Source of the DNA: Eledone cirrhosa
Taxonomy: Eukaryota
Assembly (NCBI GenBank): GCA_964016885.1
Contig: CAXHJY010000180.1
Coordinates: forward strand, 1 to 64,000
DNA length: 64,000 nt
Reading direction: 5' to 3'
Program-made: the position numbers and the translations under genes
The notes under the pieces: model-generated
Databases searched by the model: none
What the model was told of the DNA's origin: nothing
The model's input: the letters and a program-made list of their open reading frames with translations, nothing else
Shown here: in pieces, positions 22,300 through 35,994 of the stretch
Layout of the letters: every line of letters starts with the position of its first letter
Numbering within the stretch: position 1 is the first letter of the stretch

Positions 22300-24150
22300 A
22301 CGAAGAGTATGGCGGCGTGATTTCTTCAGGCATCTTGAAACCTTTCTAGAAAAGACCCGTTCAGTGGGCGACTCGAACGGTATCTTAGACGCACGCTGGT
22401 ACGTGGGGCTAGTAGATAGGGGATGAGTGTCTAAAATCCTTGCAAACCTGCTCAGACATTTCCAACTGTCTGACAGGTACCGCCTGAATTTCTTGAATGT
22501 GCTAATGTGGACATGGACAAACTATATCGGGTCATCCAAATGGTATCTATATAAAGTATTAAGGCTGGCATAGACTACCCACAATTCAAAGAAGTCAACT
22601 ACACAGACCACAACTGTGTAATTTATACAGTCGACTTAGATAGCCTTCATATACAGGTACTCGACTATTGGAAACTGAACGCGTCCTTTCCAATGCGCAA
22701 AGCCTACAGATACCGGATTAGTGAATTAGTTAACCAGGTATTGACGAAGGCAATCGTCAACAAATGGTGGTTCGCCATTATAAGGGCGATAAAGTAGAAT
22801 CAATAAGGTATCGTAGAGGAGCAGCGATAGAGAAAACTGAACTAGAGTGTGAGGTAGTAAGAAATCTTGAAGAGGCGTTTAGTAAAGGCAACGCAACAGA
22901 CGTGTTTCACCTGAGATTAATTCTCAACCAATTCTTCAACCCAAAACACAAAGGCTGCGTTGTCAGGGCTAGGGCGCGTGATCTTAGGGACGAGGGGATG
23001 AAAGCCATTCAATGGGCCCGAGTGGCAGAGGTGCAGCCTGGAAACAAAGCCACAATTCGATGTTTAGCGGACGACGACGGGTGCATATTATTCGATCCCA
23101 AGTGGATGTGCATGGGGTTTCAGCAACACTTCGCTCAAATGTTCGAGAGCAGTGGTGGGCGAAGGACTTCAATGCCTAACCTAAATTCCCGCCGCATATC
23201 TCGGTCATGGAAGCGAAGTGTTGCGAAAACCCAATAACAGCTACTAAAATACGGTAGGCAATGGTTAACTACCAGTCGCCTGGTTTGGATAGTCTGCCCT
23301 ATGAGCTTTACGCTTATATGCTAAATTTATTCGGTGACGTCATGGCAGACGTCTACTGCAACTGTCAACAGAACTGGAAAACCTCCAGTTTTGAGAGTGG
23401 AAGAGCAGTGGCGCTGCTGAGAAAGAACTCGAATAAGGGAGACTATATTGATAATTTTGGGCTAAATGCAAAGTTCAAAATGTTGGCCAAGGTGTTGGTG
23501 ACAAAGTTAATGTTTGTCATCCATTGCCTGGCAGGGGCGGTGAAAACATGTGCCATCCCGATCAGATCCATCCACAACAACCTCCACCTCAAGCGATGCA
23601 TCACAGAGAGTATGACTAAGGAACCTGGAACGGGTGTGATCCTGAACATCGTAAATCAATCGAAAGCTTTCATCAAGGTCAACTATCGGTACCTGGTAGA
23701 CGTCCTTAAGTCAGCCAACTTCGGACCCGCTTTCAAAGCCTGGATCGCTGCAATGCACAGTGACATTTTCTTTATGATCAGAGTGAACACCTCTCAAAAC
23801 CGTTGAACATAATGCGCTCTGTTCACCAAGATTGTTCTCTCTCGTCCTTATTGTATATATTGACACGCGAGCCACTACTACACAAATTGGATACTTGGGA
23901 GGCGTCCCACACAAACAAAGATGTGGGATACGTGTCAGCATATGCTTTCGACGTCACCCTGGTATTGTCGAACACCAAACACATTGAAATGATAGGAGCC
24001 GCTCTCAGGGAGTACGAAGCGGTAAGAGGAACGATAATTACATATGAAACGTCAATGGGCCTGCAGCTCGGCACCTGAAGAGGCAGATCCATAGCGTCTA
24101 AGTGCGTCGTCGGTTAAATTGCTCGGTTTGATAGGTTCAGACTTCCAAAT
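22300..24150 (+). mobile_element. Degenerate L1/Tx1 ORF2 (endonuclease end to RT)
   Basis: FFRHLETFL..VGDSNGILD, SPGLDSLPYELY, RSIHNNLHL, NQSKAFIKVN, SVHQDCSLSSLLYIL and SAYAFDV (decayed YADD). Many stops and frameshifts. Confidence 0.82.
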
Positions 24151-27100
24151 AGACAAAATGTATAAGTGACACCTATTTAACAGAGTAAGTGATCTGAGTT
24201 TAACGAACGAAGATGATAGATAATTGGTAAATCGTACTTTAGGTCAATATATCGGGCTCACACAGGTGATAGGTACTTGGCGAAAATGTCATAAGAAGCA
24301 TATTACGTATTGAAGCACGATTTTCCGCAGGATGAGTGGTGGTTTTGTTTCGTCTCACACAAAGATTGTTAAACGACATTTTTCATGCATAAATCTCGAG
24401 TATCAGAAGTGTACGGTGGGAAGAGATGTGAGATTTGTCAACCTATCCTAACCAGCAGGATCTCACCTGTGTCTGAATGGTAATTCTAAGCGTTTTTCTA
24501 AAGTAATTTTTACTTCTTCGTATACGCCCATTATTTACACAAGTTTTTAATTGTCTTATTTTGATAACTCACCTGACCCACTCTTTTTTTTTTCATTTTT
24601 ATATCAGACTCTTTCACACGTTTTCTATTATCCCCTAGTCTTTTAACGTTTCCTGTAAATGAATGTATGAATGGCAACGTATTTAATTACTCCGGTGTTT
24701 CATTTTTCGAGTTCCTAAAGCTTTTAACAAGTATGAACGATTTTTTTCAAATTCTGTGTAACTCTGTTTGCCAATATAGCGAGTGATATTTGTTTCTTAA
24801 CGAATATACAGAAAGGTATTTCGAAAGTTTGTGATATATTTTCGGAGATTTATAAACAATAGCATCTATCATAACAACAAAAGGATGTGCCCACATAAAA
24901 AATAAACAATTCAAAAAGGCAAAAAATTGCTTTCAACAAATGAATATTTGTAACAAAAGATATTTCAAACAATACCTTATTGTCACAAGACATAGATGAA
25001 CAAAAACCATTACAGTCATCACAGTTGAATGTAACAACAAACACATTCGCACTTGCACACGAACAATGTGAAACAGACATGTTTTGAACGCATGCCAAAA
25101 TCCATCGAATGCAAATATTCTTTCAAAAAGAGAATTCTAAATATGAAACAATTCTTCGAAAGGACAAAAGCATGGTAGCATCATGTCCATAAGAAGAGGG
25201 TCTTTCTGCTCGAATCCATTACTGTCGCGAGAAGCGACATACCTTGTCTTTCCAAGGCCACGGAATCCTTTCTTATTCCATCCTAAAAGCCTTTGAGGGC
25301 TGCTCTAGTTGGCATATGGAATTAAACATCGTTCATTGAGAAAGGTAGAGGATAAGGTACAATATGTGTCATCATCAAAACTGAGGACGCGGCAAAAGTT
25401 CAAGTCTAGATGGTACAAGAAATAATGGCTAAAAAACGCATACCACGATATTTATAAAGGAAAAACTAGAAGGCCACCGTCAAGGGCATCGGTGATGACA
25501 CCGACCTTCACTGATAGTTATTATCCCAACACAATATGTAAATGGTCAGTACCGACGTATTTTCCAGTGATACCACTAAAAGGTGAATATGGACATGCAA
25601 GCTCTCGTTACCCCGCACGACCAGAAGAAATTTCAGAGCTGTATACTATAGTGGGTGTCGAGAGGAAACCCACCAAATTGACAATTCAAAGCAGAAAGTA
25701 TAACTACTACATACGTGACAATAAAAGTTATTTAATGTATAAAAGGTGGAAAGCTATAAAACAGAGAAGCTTACACGCGGCGAGAAAAATACTATTTAGA
25801 AAATAGTTTTTGGAAGGTAATATAAATGCAAATCGAATATTAGATATAAAAATAATAATAACAAACATATAGAAATGCCATCTTGGAAATATTTATTTGA
25901 TCCTGATATATTTCAGGTAAAAATTTCTTTTGCAAAATAATTAAGATAACGCGAGAGGGATGTGACTTGATTAGGGTGACATGATGAATTATGAGATGGA
26001 CTACGTAGTGTAAAGAAAATATAGGACTGTCATTGTGTATGTCACTTGGATTAGGGGATAATGACTTTTGAGGTAAAAGAACAAGTGAAAGAGAGATATG
26101 AAGGAAGAGGAATTATTTTTTTCTCTGAAATAGCCATTACACTTTATCTAATTCTAATTCGCTTTTAATGGTTGGTTTGTGTTATTTTTTAAATAAAAGC
26201 AGTTGCATTTATGCGTTGGTTACAGAATTTTACGTCAGCAACACGATCTACCCTTTACTCATACTTATCATGGAAAATCTCCACAACCAAGCATTTTTCA
26301 GAAATACCTTAATTAATAAAAAGGATGGGTCCCAAAATATACCAGGACCATTTAAATATTTTAAAGGTAACATTTCAGTATCTTTGATATCTGTGGTTTA
26401 TATATATATTTAATGTGTATTGCTACATATTCTGCAATGCTTCAGACAATTGAGTTTTAACTAAGATTAACAGGAAAAAATTTGACAATAAAACACACAT
26501 ACAATAGAAAGCATAGACAGTCACTGTCACAATGTACTGTCCGAAATGTAAATATTTTCATGTCATAGATAAGAATAATGACAAGAACAACACAAACATA
26601 CACACACATACACACATCTCGGGCGAAATAAATTGCAAACGAAGAAGACGGTTTTAGCTTTTCTCACGATGCCAGTCAGGAGCAGACATGTGAGGGAGTC
26701 AGCAACACATAATCAATTTGAGTGTTTTAATGATTCATTGAGTGAAGCAACAACACTAACTTTGATACTTCAAAACAGACACAAACGTCAACACACAAAA
26801 AGTGTTCACATGCAGTGAGTTTCTCCCATCTAACCTCCAATGCTGAATCTTTAAACATTGCAAAAACACTCCCCAAAACGGACCAGTGGCTGAATCGTGT
26901 TCAAAAGGACTATATCTTGCACAAAGAATATATTCAGAAGCGGATACGAAAAAGTCAATATACTTTTGTCTCACAAAGTGAGGGAGACATTGCCTTGAAA
27001 AAATGAATTTAAAGACGCTATTGCTGATGACGAGAAAATGGCAGAATCTACGAAGCCGTTTGTCTGACTTTCCGGCCTAAAGACAAAGCGAAGCGACAAG

Positions 27101-28631
27101 GAAAACAATCTCTCTTATTGTTTTAACTCCAGTACATAGGGCGACTTAATACAAGGGATATGGCCACAGACATAGCAAGTGATATTAACTGTTGTGTCAG
27201 TATCACCTTTGTAAAGCAATATAAGCTGGTATTGAGCGTGAAAGTACTTAGAAATTATGTGTTCGGGAAATGTTTCACATGGTCCCTCTGTACCACAAGG
27301 TCATTCTGGAATTGTGTCCTGTTATAGTCACCGAGGCAATACAATTGACAATGTAGGACCAAAATTCAAGTTATTACACATATCTCTGCCTTCACGAGCA
27401 GGAAAAAAAAACCAATGAATGAGCAAGTTCCTGGATTTTGCTTGCCGCAGTAGTCAGTTATGACACCGGTTGCAACCTAGAAGATGACCGGAAAATCTGA
27501 TTTTCCTTAGATTCTTGTATGCTGAATACGGTAAATAATTGAGAGCATTACGGCACAGAATATAGGAATTTAGAAGAGAAATATATATCAAATTTGAATT
27601 AGAAAAATACGCCTACTTAGGTAAAACACTAATATCACTCTAGATAATGAAACTGGGATAAAAGTCCACAACAGCAACTATAGCCAACTGCACCGACTCC
27701 GGCTCCATGAGGTATCAGATAATCCGTATCGTTCTCGGTTTCAATCAGCAACACCACCCATTCATCATCCGACAATGAAGGTTTGATGGGACCTGGATAT
27801 ATTCGAGAAAGTATCAGAAAGGAACAGAAGAAAAAACAAATGACGATGATGGGGAGGACGAAATGAAATTAAGAGACAGGACATTTGCAAAAAGTTCTGG
27901 CCAATGTTTGGAGCGATGCCATTTACCTGGATAGGTCGATATAAAGGACATCACTCCAAACTGAAGACGTAGTAAAGCAATAGGCCGAGCTGGTACACCG
28001 CACAATCCCGAAGACTCCGGCTGTATCATATGGGGTAGTGGAACACATGGGAAATGTCTAGCGACATCAGCAAAAGGACACTGACCCTTGCATAATCACA
28101 TTTACTGCGCCTTTAATGCATTTGTAAAATCAAAAGCGGAATCTGATTGGGTGGAGTTTGCATGGACAACAGGTCTTGATGGCCCCTGAAGATTACAGAG
28201 CTATCTTAGAGCTGTACCTCCCCTTATGTGCGCAGAAAAAAACCCATTAGACTGGGTAGATATTTCAGTTGTTACATGTGTGAAAATAAGAGCCACTTGT
28301 GGGCTTCCTGTCCTAAGAAGCTGGAAAACCGTAGGAAGGGCGAAAATGTTGGACAGCAAATTTGGTAATCTGATGTAATCAAAATTTCGCTAAGAAACAC
28401 GGGAGTAATCCCATTCTTTTCAGTATCAAGACTTTGCGAACAGGTCACCTAACTACCCCCGCCCCAAATTATTACCTCATCGTTTTGTGACAACGAGAAG
28501 GAAATTGATACTGGAATGGGGTGGCAAGTGAACTGCATAAGAAAATAAAAGTCACAAAAAAAGCATAATGTGCCCAAACCCTAGGCATCTAGTAGTCATA
28601 AAGATGAGACCTCCTCTTCCTGGAGTGGTAA

Positions 28632-28671
<40 letters not shown>

Positions 28672-28673
<2 letters not shown>

Positions 28674-29950
28674 CCCTTGCCCTGGCCCAACTCTCACCAA
28701 AATGGAGCGCCTCCTCTTCCGCTTTTTGTGGAAGGGACGCACTCCCATGGTCAGACGATCCATCTGCTGTCAACACCCATTGCGTGGAGGACTGAGCATG
28801 CCATGGCTTGATGCGCAAACATGCGCTGAGGTTGCGACATCTTTGGTGCTTCCTTGACGGTGAACAGGTGTGGTAGCCGTTCGCCAGTCACGTTTTCCCA
28901 CAGCTCGTCTCCTTGACGAAGCTGCAGTCCTGGGGCAGGAAAAGACCGAGGGATAGCGCTTGGAAACTGGAATGTCTCCAGGCGATCACTGCCCTATGCC
29001 AGCTGGGCACCAGTATCGGTGGAACATCCACCTCGGCATTTTATAGAGGACTAGTGGAGGGGAAGAGCGACGTCGTTCTCGGAGAGATCCTGGGCGTCGA
29101 AGAAGATCAGCTGTTTGCTCTCTTCCGGAGAACTTTCAGCCCAGGGCCTATGGATAACTTCCAAAAATCCCTGGTCTGGCAGCGCTACCGGGGAGCGTTG
29201 CCGGTTCGAGATAAACTCTACAGGCACGGAAGTGCCGTCAGCCGAGCCTGTCCGAAATGCACGCAGAGCGACGAAACCGTCGTGCACGCACTCGTTCAGT
29301 GCCCGAGCATTGCTGACTTGTGGGGCTATGTCAAACAGTTGCTGTCGCGTGTAGGACTGATCCGGTTATCGCCTGAGTCCATTGTGCAGATGGTCTCGCC
29401 GTCTTCCTTCGAGGAGGAAGGGCAGGCGATTTTTATCTGCCTGGTGGCCATGGCGAAAGAGATTGTGTGGTGGACAAGGTTGAAAGGGTTAAGGACAGAT
29501 ACTTTCCTCTTCGGCGAATCCCTAATTAACTTTTTCAAGTTTCACTTGAAGAGGAAAATCAGGGTGGAGAGGCAAGTGCTGCCTTCTAACAAGCTTGTTG
29601 AAAGGTGGGTGAATGTAGCGAGAATGATTCGAGTGAACGGGACCTATCTGAATATACGCCTGTAGTTTGAGAAATGGAGAAATTGAGAGGGCGCTTGCCC
29701 TGGTGGTCAGGGTGGCCGTGGTCTTTTGTGTGGTTTTCGCCACGAGTAACCCTCGGAGGTTTCCCCCCTATTGGGGAATTTTTCATTATTTCAATTTTCA
29801 TTTTTATTGTTTATATATATGTTTCTATGTCTTTTTTTTCCTTTTTTATATAAATAATAAAAAATCTCTACACGCACAAAACCCACATCGTACCGTCCTG
29901 TGCCGTCTGTAATGGTTTTCTTGATGTCAGCCCTTGTGGCCAATAAAGAA
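28672..29950 (+). mobile_element. 5'-truncated L1/Tx1 3' end inserted in (ATT)n
   Basis: LFRFLWKG and the zf-RVT/CCHC region ALPVRDKL...CPKCTQSDETVVHALVQC (ORF 28913-29665). The 3' UTR ends GGCCAATAAAG. ATT repeats lie on both sides. Confidence 0.85.
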
Positions 29951-30489
29951 ATCATTATTATCATCATTATCATTTTTATTATTATTATTATTATCATTAT
30001 TAGAGTCTCAGTCATTGATGTTATTTAACTACCTAAATCTGTAACAATTATTATTACTATTATTACACAATAGTTTTACGGAAACAGTAGAGGAAGGGAT
30101 TTAATGAGATCGACTTCATATTCTATCCTGTCGGGTGAGAAATGAGTATTTTTAACATAAATATTGACACAAATAATCTTGACAAAGCTGTGAAATATTT
30201 ATACATTAAACATTTGGCACCAATTACTACAGTCAAGATAGACTTATTTTACTTACATATGGACAAACAATTTCTAAGTACCCATTAGATAACTGTGCTC
30301 ATAAGTATCTTTATATAAGTCATAGAATTTTTAGTCAGAAACAGTTTTTGTGAAAAATATTTTTGAGCGGGTGGGAAAATTACATCATTGGCGTTTGGTG
30401 TACTTATAAAATCTGTAATTATTTGCATACACGTCACTAAGAATTACATTCTTTACAGAGAAATGTTTAATATATAACTTAGTATACGG

Positions 30490-30680
30490 GTGATGAATAG
30501 GTGGAATTGTTAGTGTGGCAGACCAAATACTATTGCTGTATTTGTTCAGGCCTTTTATTTTCAAATCCCACCGAGGTCAACTTTGCCTTTCATTCTTCCA
30601 GGGTCGATAAAACAAAGTACCAGTCAAGTTCTGGGGTTGGCTTAATTAAATTTACTATTCCCCTTAAATTCGCTGGTAAA
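30490..30680 (+). mobile_element. Old SINE copy
   Basis: TTCAAATCCCACCGAGGTCAACTTTGCCTTTCATTC...GTCGATAAAACAAAGTACCAG. Confidence 0.7.
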
Positions 30681-31391
30681 AATGGTAAAGCGATGACTAA
30701 ATTTAGTTATTTCCTCTTACATTTTGCGATCCAATGCCGCTGCATTTGACTCTGCTTGTCAACATTCCAAATTGAATAAGTTGGTTCATTCAGTTGACTA
30801 TATGCCAAATTTGGGGTAATAGAGTGCGATATTCACTTTGTGTAACTATCTTGCATTTCATCCTTTCGAGGTCAATAAAAAAAGTACCAGTCTTATACTA
30901 GGGTTGATTCGTCCTCTTTATCTCTTTCGCACTTCCTTTCTATCACATTTTCTTCTGCTCTGGAAGAGACCGGGTGTGTTCTGGTCTTTCGTGGACAGCG
31001 CCAGGCTTGAAATGTTCCAAGACATGACGTATGTCATCACGACGCTCCTACAACTCTATCAGGCGTTACAGATCCATATATACATCTAAATTAAGTATCA
31101 CAAAGCCTATATTAACCAAGCATTGCGATAAATACTGCTCTGGGTTTAAATAATGTCAGAATTTCCATTCATCCCTCGATAATCTAAGTACTAGTAATGT
31201 ACTGCAATCGATACAATTGCCTGTATTCCTTCTCTACGTATATGTATCTACGATCATGTGAAATTAATATTAGAAAGATGAGATAGTACTAAAATATCTA
31301 CAATATCAGCGATTCTACGTTGTGAGTTTCAAATGCCATCGAGACCTTAGCATTTACTATCATTAAGCTAATATTATTCCACAACATAGAG

Positions 31392-31800
31392 TGGTGGATT
31401 GGCAGAATCATGAGAGCATCGGACAAATTGCTTTGTTGTATTTATTCTGGCTATTGACGTTCAAAGTTGAAATCCCGTCGCAATCCACTTTGCCTTTCAT
31501 CCGTCTGGGATTGATAAAATAAAGTTGTTTCTACTTTTGGCACAATGCCAGCAATTACACAGTGCAATACTGGTACTTTATTTTATCGATCCCATAAGGA
31601 TGAAAGGCAAAGTTAACCTCGGCGGGATTTGAACTCAGACTGTAAGGGACGTAACTATGCTGGAAAGCATGGCGTCCGACCTTCTACCTGTACTGCCAAT
31701 CCACCGTTTATTGATAAAATAAAGTACCAGTAAAGTACTGGAGTCGATATATTCATCATGCCCTATCCCCAAAATGCTGGATTATGCCTAAATTCGAAAG
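31392..31800 (+). mobile_element. Old SINE interrupted by a young antisense SINE (31526-31709)
   Basis: TSD ATTGATAAAATAAAGT at 31510-31525 and 31710-31725 splits the host SINE's central domain. Confidence 0.85.
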
Positions 31801-32125
31801 CATAATTCCACAGCATGTTTTGTATTTGCACTTTTATGCTCGCCATCCCCTCCATCTCCCCCATTCACTCATTCTCATCTTACTTCTGTCGAAATACAGT
31901 ATGTGTGGAATTGGTTTGCTTCATTACAAACAGCAACTCTAGAAATGATTGTCATAATGACCTCGTTTTTTTCATGACCTCATTTAGTTCATTTTGCAAT
32001 GTGTCACACTAAACTTGCCATATTAACATTATGTCAATTAATGGTTCCTCGCCTTCATAGCAAATATTTGGCAGTTTTATGAAAACAATAAATACTTTAT
32101 CCTTAGTACAATGAAGCGCGAATAA

Positions 32126-32162
<37 letters not shown>

Positions 32163-32276
32163 GAATAGAGAGAGAGAACGAGATTCGTTATATTATTCTT
32201 TAACTGGTTCATTCACCAGACTACGGTCATGCTGGGGCACAACTTTAAAGAGTTTTGTCGATCACATCAACCCCAG

Positions 32277-32352
<76 letters not shown>

Positions 32353-32949
32353 TGTCAATCAAATAGTAAACATTTTCCTAAGGTACCAGGCCGTAGGTCT
32401 GAACCCGAAACCATGTGGTTTCGAAGTGAACTTCTTAACTACAGTCATGCCTGCGCCTATGAAAACGTGGAACCGTAGCACTACCATATTTTGCTCTCAT
32501 TACCTAATATACTGTCCCAAATAAACTAATGTCTCAACCTGCTTCTTACATCTCTCACCTACCTCTGTGGAGTATTGAAATAGGTTTAACTCATATCTCA
32601 CAACATCTCTAACAACAACCATCTTTTTAAATACAAAGTGCCAAGGAGAATTGCTTTCTGGCAGACGATAATATTGTCTATTCTGCCTACTCTATCGCTG
32701 CCTCAGAATATATTCCCCCATGCAAAGCAATGTCATTATGTGTCGGCTGTTGTCGGTGTTCCGTAAAAGAGCGTCTTCAAAGTCCCTTGACGTGCTGTGA
32801 ATAGTAGTCATATTTTACTTAAAATTGCACCCTCTCTTAAATAAAAGTTGTATTGTACAATTTAATTATACAAAAACACGGGTTTTTCACGACTAGACCA
32901 CCATTCCTCTTGTAGATCTGAGGTAAATCGAAACTAAACAAAAACAACA

Positions 32950-33900
32950 AGCAAATGTACATAGATCCATCGAAGGAAGACCTCTGTGCAGTCTGTCGAC
33001 TTACTAGAAATAGTGCCTAACTTGCTTTGTTTCTTTAACAGTTAACCGCTGTACTATTTTGGGTCGGTAATACGGAATGCATTAACAACGGTCACGACAC
33101 CGTCTACCTGGTTCTTTTTCTTTATCTTACGGGAAATAGAATTCTCTGCAATTATATCAATAAATGACTATACGGCCTGAAATAATAGATAATTTTCTCT
33201 TAAATGCGACTTTACCTTCCTTGAAAGAAGGAAAGACATTTTGGATAATGTAGTTTGAGATAACCTATGTCTGAAAAAATGGAAGTGTCCTGTCTAGATT
33301 TTATTTGGGCAGTGGTTTGTTTACTGAAGCGGGAAGGAGGGTTAACAACAATAACATGATTAACAAGACCTCATGTCTGTCAAATGCTTATACATTTCTT
33401 AGAACATCTACAAACATTATATCTACTAACATCCATTTTTATCACTCAAAGTAGAAATGTTAATTGAATAATCATTATTACTAGTAACATTATCAGGAAT
33501 AACATGATCACTACTAAAACAACTATCACAAGCCAACGAAGAACTCTCAAACAGGTCACTCATCCTGTTAAAAGTAGCAGCTAAATCTTCCTCGGTATGA
33601 CACAACCGTCTTTTAAAAAGCGTATACTATAGAAAGTAGAGTCCTGAATGCACATCGCTTAAAAAGGTAAAGTACTCAAACCTGGACCACCTTTGATCAT
33701 AATATGTAAGTTGGATGAGGAGTGATTTGAGGTTAAAGCATTATCAACAACTATACCACAATCACCACACTACGTGATCACATCACCCTACCAGCCGATA
33801 TAAGGATATGTCATATTTGATAATGTAATCTAACACAAAAAATGAGGGATTCCTGACTGGAATGCCTTAGTTTATATGTCTCCCCATTCAAACCTGCAGG
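32950..33900 (+). repeat. Cluster of old dispersed repeats (CTGCTAGAAATAGCAGC.AAATCT family)
   Basis: Related motifs at ~33000, 33565, 34650 (reverse), 49108, 57481 and 60325. Confidence 0.45.
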
Positions 33901-34225
33901 CGAACGAAATAACTAATATTTATTAAAATAATTCCTGTCCTCACGAAGAGACATCATTACTACCACAAATTCCTTCAGCTCATAAAAATGTAAATCTCAA
34001 TTTATCTACCTTCCTTTTTGTTGTTATTATTGTTGTTTAGCACTAAGTCAAGGAAACCTGTAATCGAAAGCCTTTTATCAGGAAGTATGCTGGTCAATTA
34101 TTTCCAGAAAAAGGCATCTAGATTTTCTAAAGTGTCATTCATTTTAAAACAAAGAATTATTTAAGGGAGATTTGGCTCAAGCTTTTTTTCTTATTTAATA
34201 ACGTATTGTTATTAATAGAACAAGG

Positions 34226-34409
34226 GCGGTGGATTGGCAGTATCGGTAGAGGGTCGGACGCCATGCTTTCCAGCATAGTTACGTCCCTTTTACGATCTGA
34301 GTTCAAATCCCGCCGAGGTTGACTTTGCCTTTCATCCTTACGGGGTCGATAAAATAAAGTACCAGTAATGCACTGGATAATTGCTGGCCTTGTGCCAAAA
34401 GTAGAAACA
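34226..34409 (+). mobile_element. Full-length young tRNA-derived SINE with an 18-bp TSD
   Basis: A box TGGCAGTATCGG and B box GAGTTCAAATCC. TSD GTTATTAATAGAACAAGG at 34208-34225 and 34410-34427. Confidence 0.93.
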
Positions 34410-35654
34410 GTTATTAATAGAACAAGGAATAAATGAAACCAATACATATAGAAGAAATATGAATAATTTAATATCTGTAAAATGCTTGAATTGTGTAAAA
34501 GGCACTTAACTCCAGGTTAACCCTGATCGATCAGACCTATTATCAAAGGCGTTCCGACCGTGATTATCGTAATTCTTATGCATAGTTTATTAGAACCATT
34601 ATATCTAATTTCTTTCATTTTAAAAGACAATAGGACATGAAATTTGAAGAGGATTTAGCTGCTACTTCTAGCAAATCGATAAACCACAAACAGGATCTCT
34701 TGTTGACTCGCTATGGTTTGTGTATTTTTTGTAAGTAGAATATCTCGTGAAAAGATGCAAATTTCTAGCAGTGACAGGCAAACAAATATATCACAAAACT
34801 TAGGTGAAATACATCTGTAGAGATTGGATACTTGTGAACAATTCGTCAAAGAAAAATCGATCTTATTTACAAATAATTGACAGTTGGTGAGAGCCTATCA
34901 CAACAACAAACAAAAGCGTTTCACAAGATTGTCTTTCCTTCTGGGTAGACATAAAAACTATCATGCAAACAATAACCAGCTTTTTTATTCTTCGTGTGTG
35001 TGGAGATTAATCTCTAACAGAATAGTCTTTACTCTACCGCCGTTAAGCAATTGCTTTCGAGAGGCGAAGTTAGCACAGACTGTTTTATACTACCACTCCC
35101 TGTCAAATACTTCACAGCAAGACTACGAGGATGTAATTTACGAACGGATATCTTTAAAAATGCAGTTGTTTGTTAATGGCCATGTAATGCACCCATATAA
35201 AGAGATCACAATTTGTTGTCAAAAGAATATTTTCTGTGTAGATTTAAGAATTTTGAATTTCCTGTCAAAGTAAAAGTAAAAGTAATAATATTCTATTACT
35301 GCTTAAAATAATTGGAGAGGTTATATTTCAAAAAAAGATTAGAGAAAACACATCCTATTTTCCATTCCATGTTTTAAAAAACATCACGTGAAATAATTGA
35401 TTTCCTATTAATATCTATAAGTTATCCTGTTTGTATCTGTAGTATCAGCATTGTTGACGCTAATGTCAGTGTATTCTGATTCAGTAAGTTTTATGTATAA
35501 AACAAACCTTGAGTTACGTAAACAAAATATATTGAGCTTGAGCCAACTTATGCAGCTTCATATGCAAATGAGATTAATCACCTCACTTCCACAGACGAGA
35601 AAAGTATATTTTCTCGCCTGTCTTCTAGTCCAGCAGTCGCAAGCGGTGGGAGGG

Positions 35655-35698
35655 ACCGTCCTGACGAAGGCCAGTTAAGCCTGAAATGCATAAACGGT
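35655..35698 (+). ncRNA. Type I hammerhead ribozyme, copy 1
   Basis: ACCGTC-CTGACGA-AGGC cagttaa GCCT-GAAA-TGCA-TA|AACGGT. Confidence 0.85.
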
Positions 35699-35950
35699 TG
35701 TCCCCCTTGCTTCTGATGGACATCAGTGTTTGCATAGCTACGGCTTCCTAAAACCGTATTTCCTTGGAGATATTTATACATATTGTATAAAGCTATGCTT
35801 GAAGCGAAATCCTATTTCTTTTTTATTACAAGTTGAGCCAACTTATGCAGCTTCATATGCAAATGAGATTAATCACCTCATTTACACAGACGAAAAAAAG
35901 TATATTTTCTCGCCTGTCTTCTAGTCCAGCAGGCGCAAGCGGTGGGAGGG

Positions 35951-35994
35951 ACTCTCCTGACGAAGGCCAGTTAAGCCTGAAATGCATAGACGGT
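35951..35994 (+). ncRNA. Type I hammerhead ribozyme, copy 2
   Basis: ACTCTC-CTGACGA-AGGC cagttaa GCCT-GAAA-TGCA-TA|GACGGT. Confidence 0.85.

Noticed and set aside
24800-28400. Higher-complexity stretches that might be exons or decayed L1 ORF1
   Set aside because: No sustained frame, recognisable motif or paired splice sites could be supported by eye.
34226-34320. tRNA gene
   Set aside because: The A and B boxes belong to a SINE head. There is no cloverleaf, and it has many dispersed copies with TSDs.
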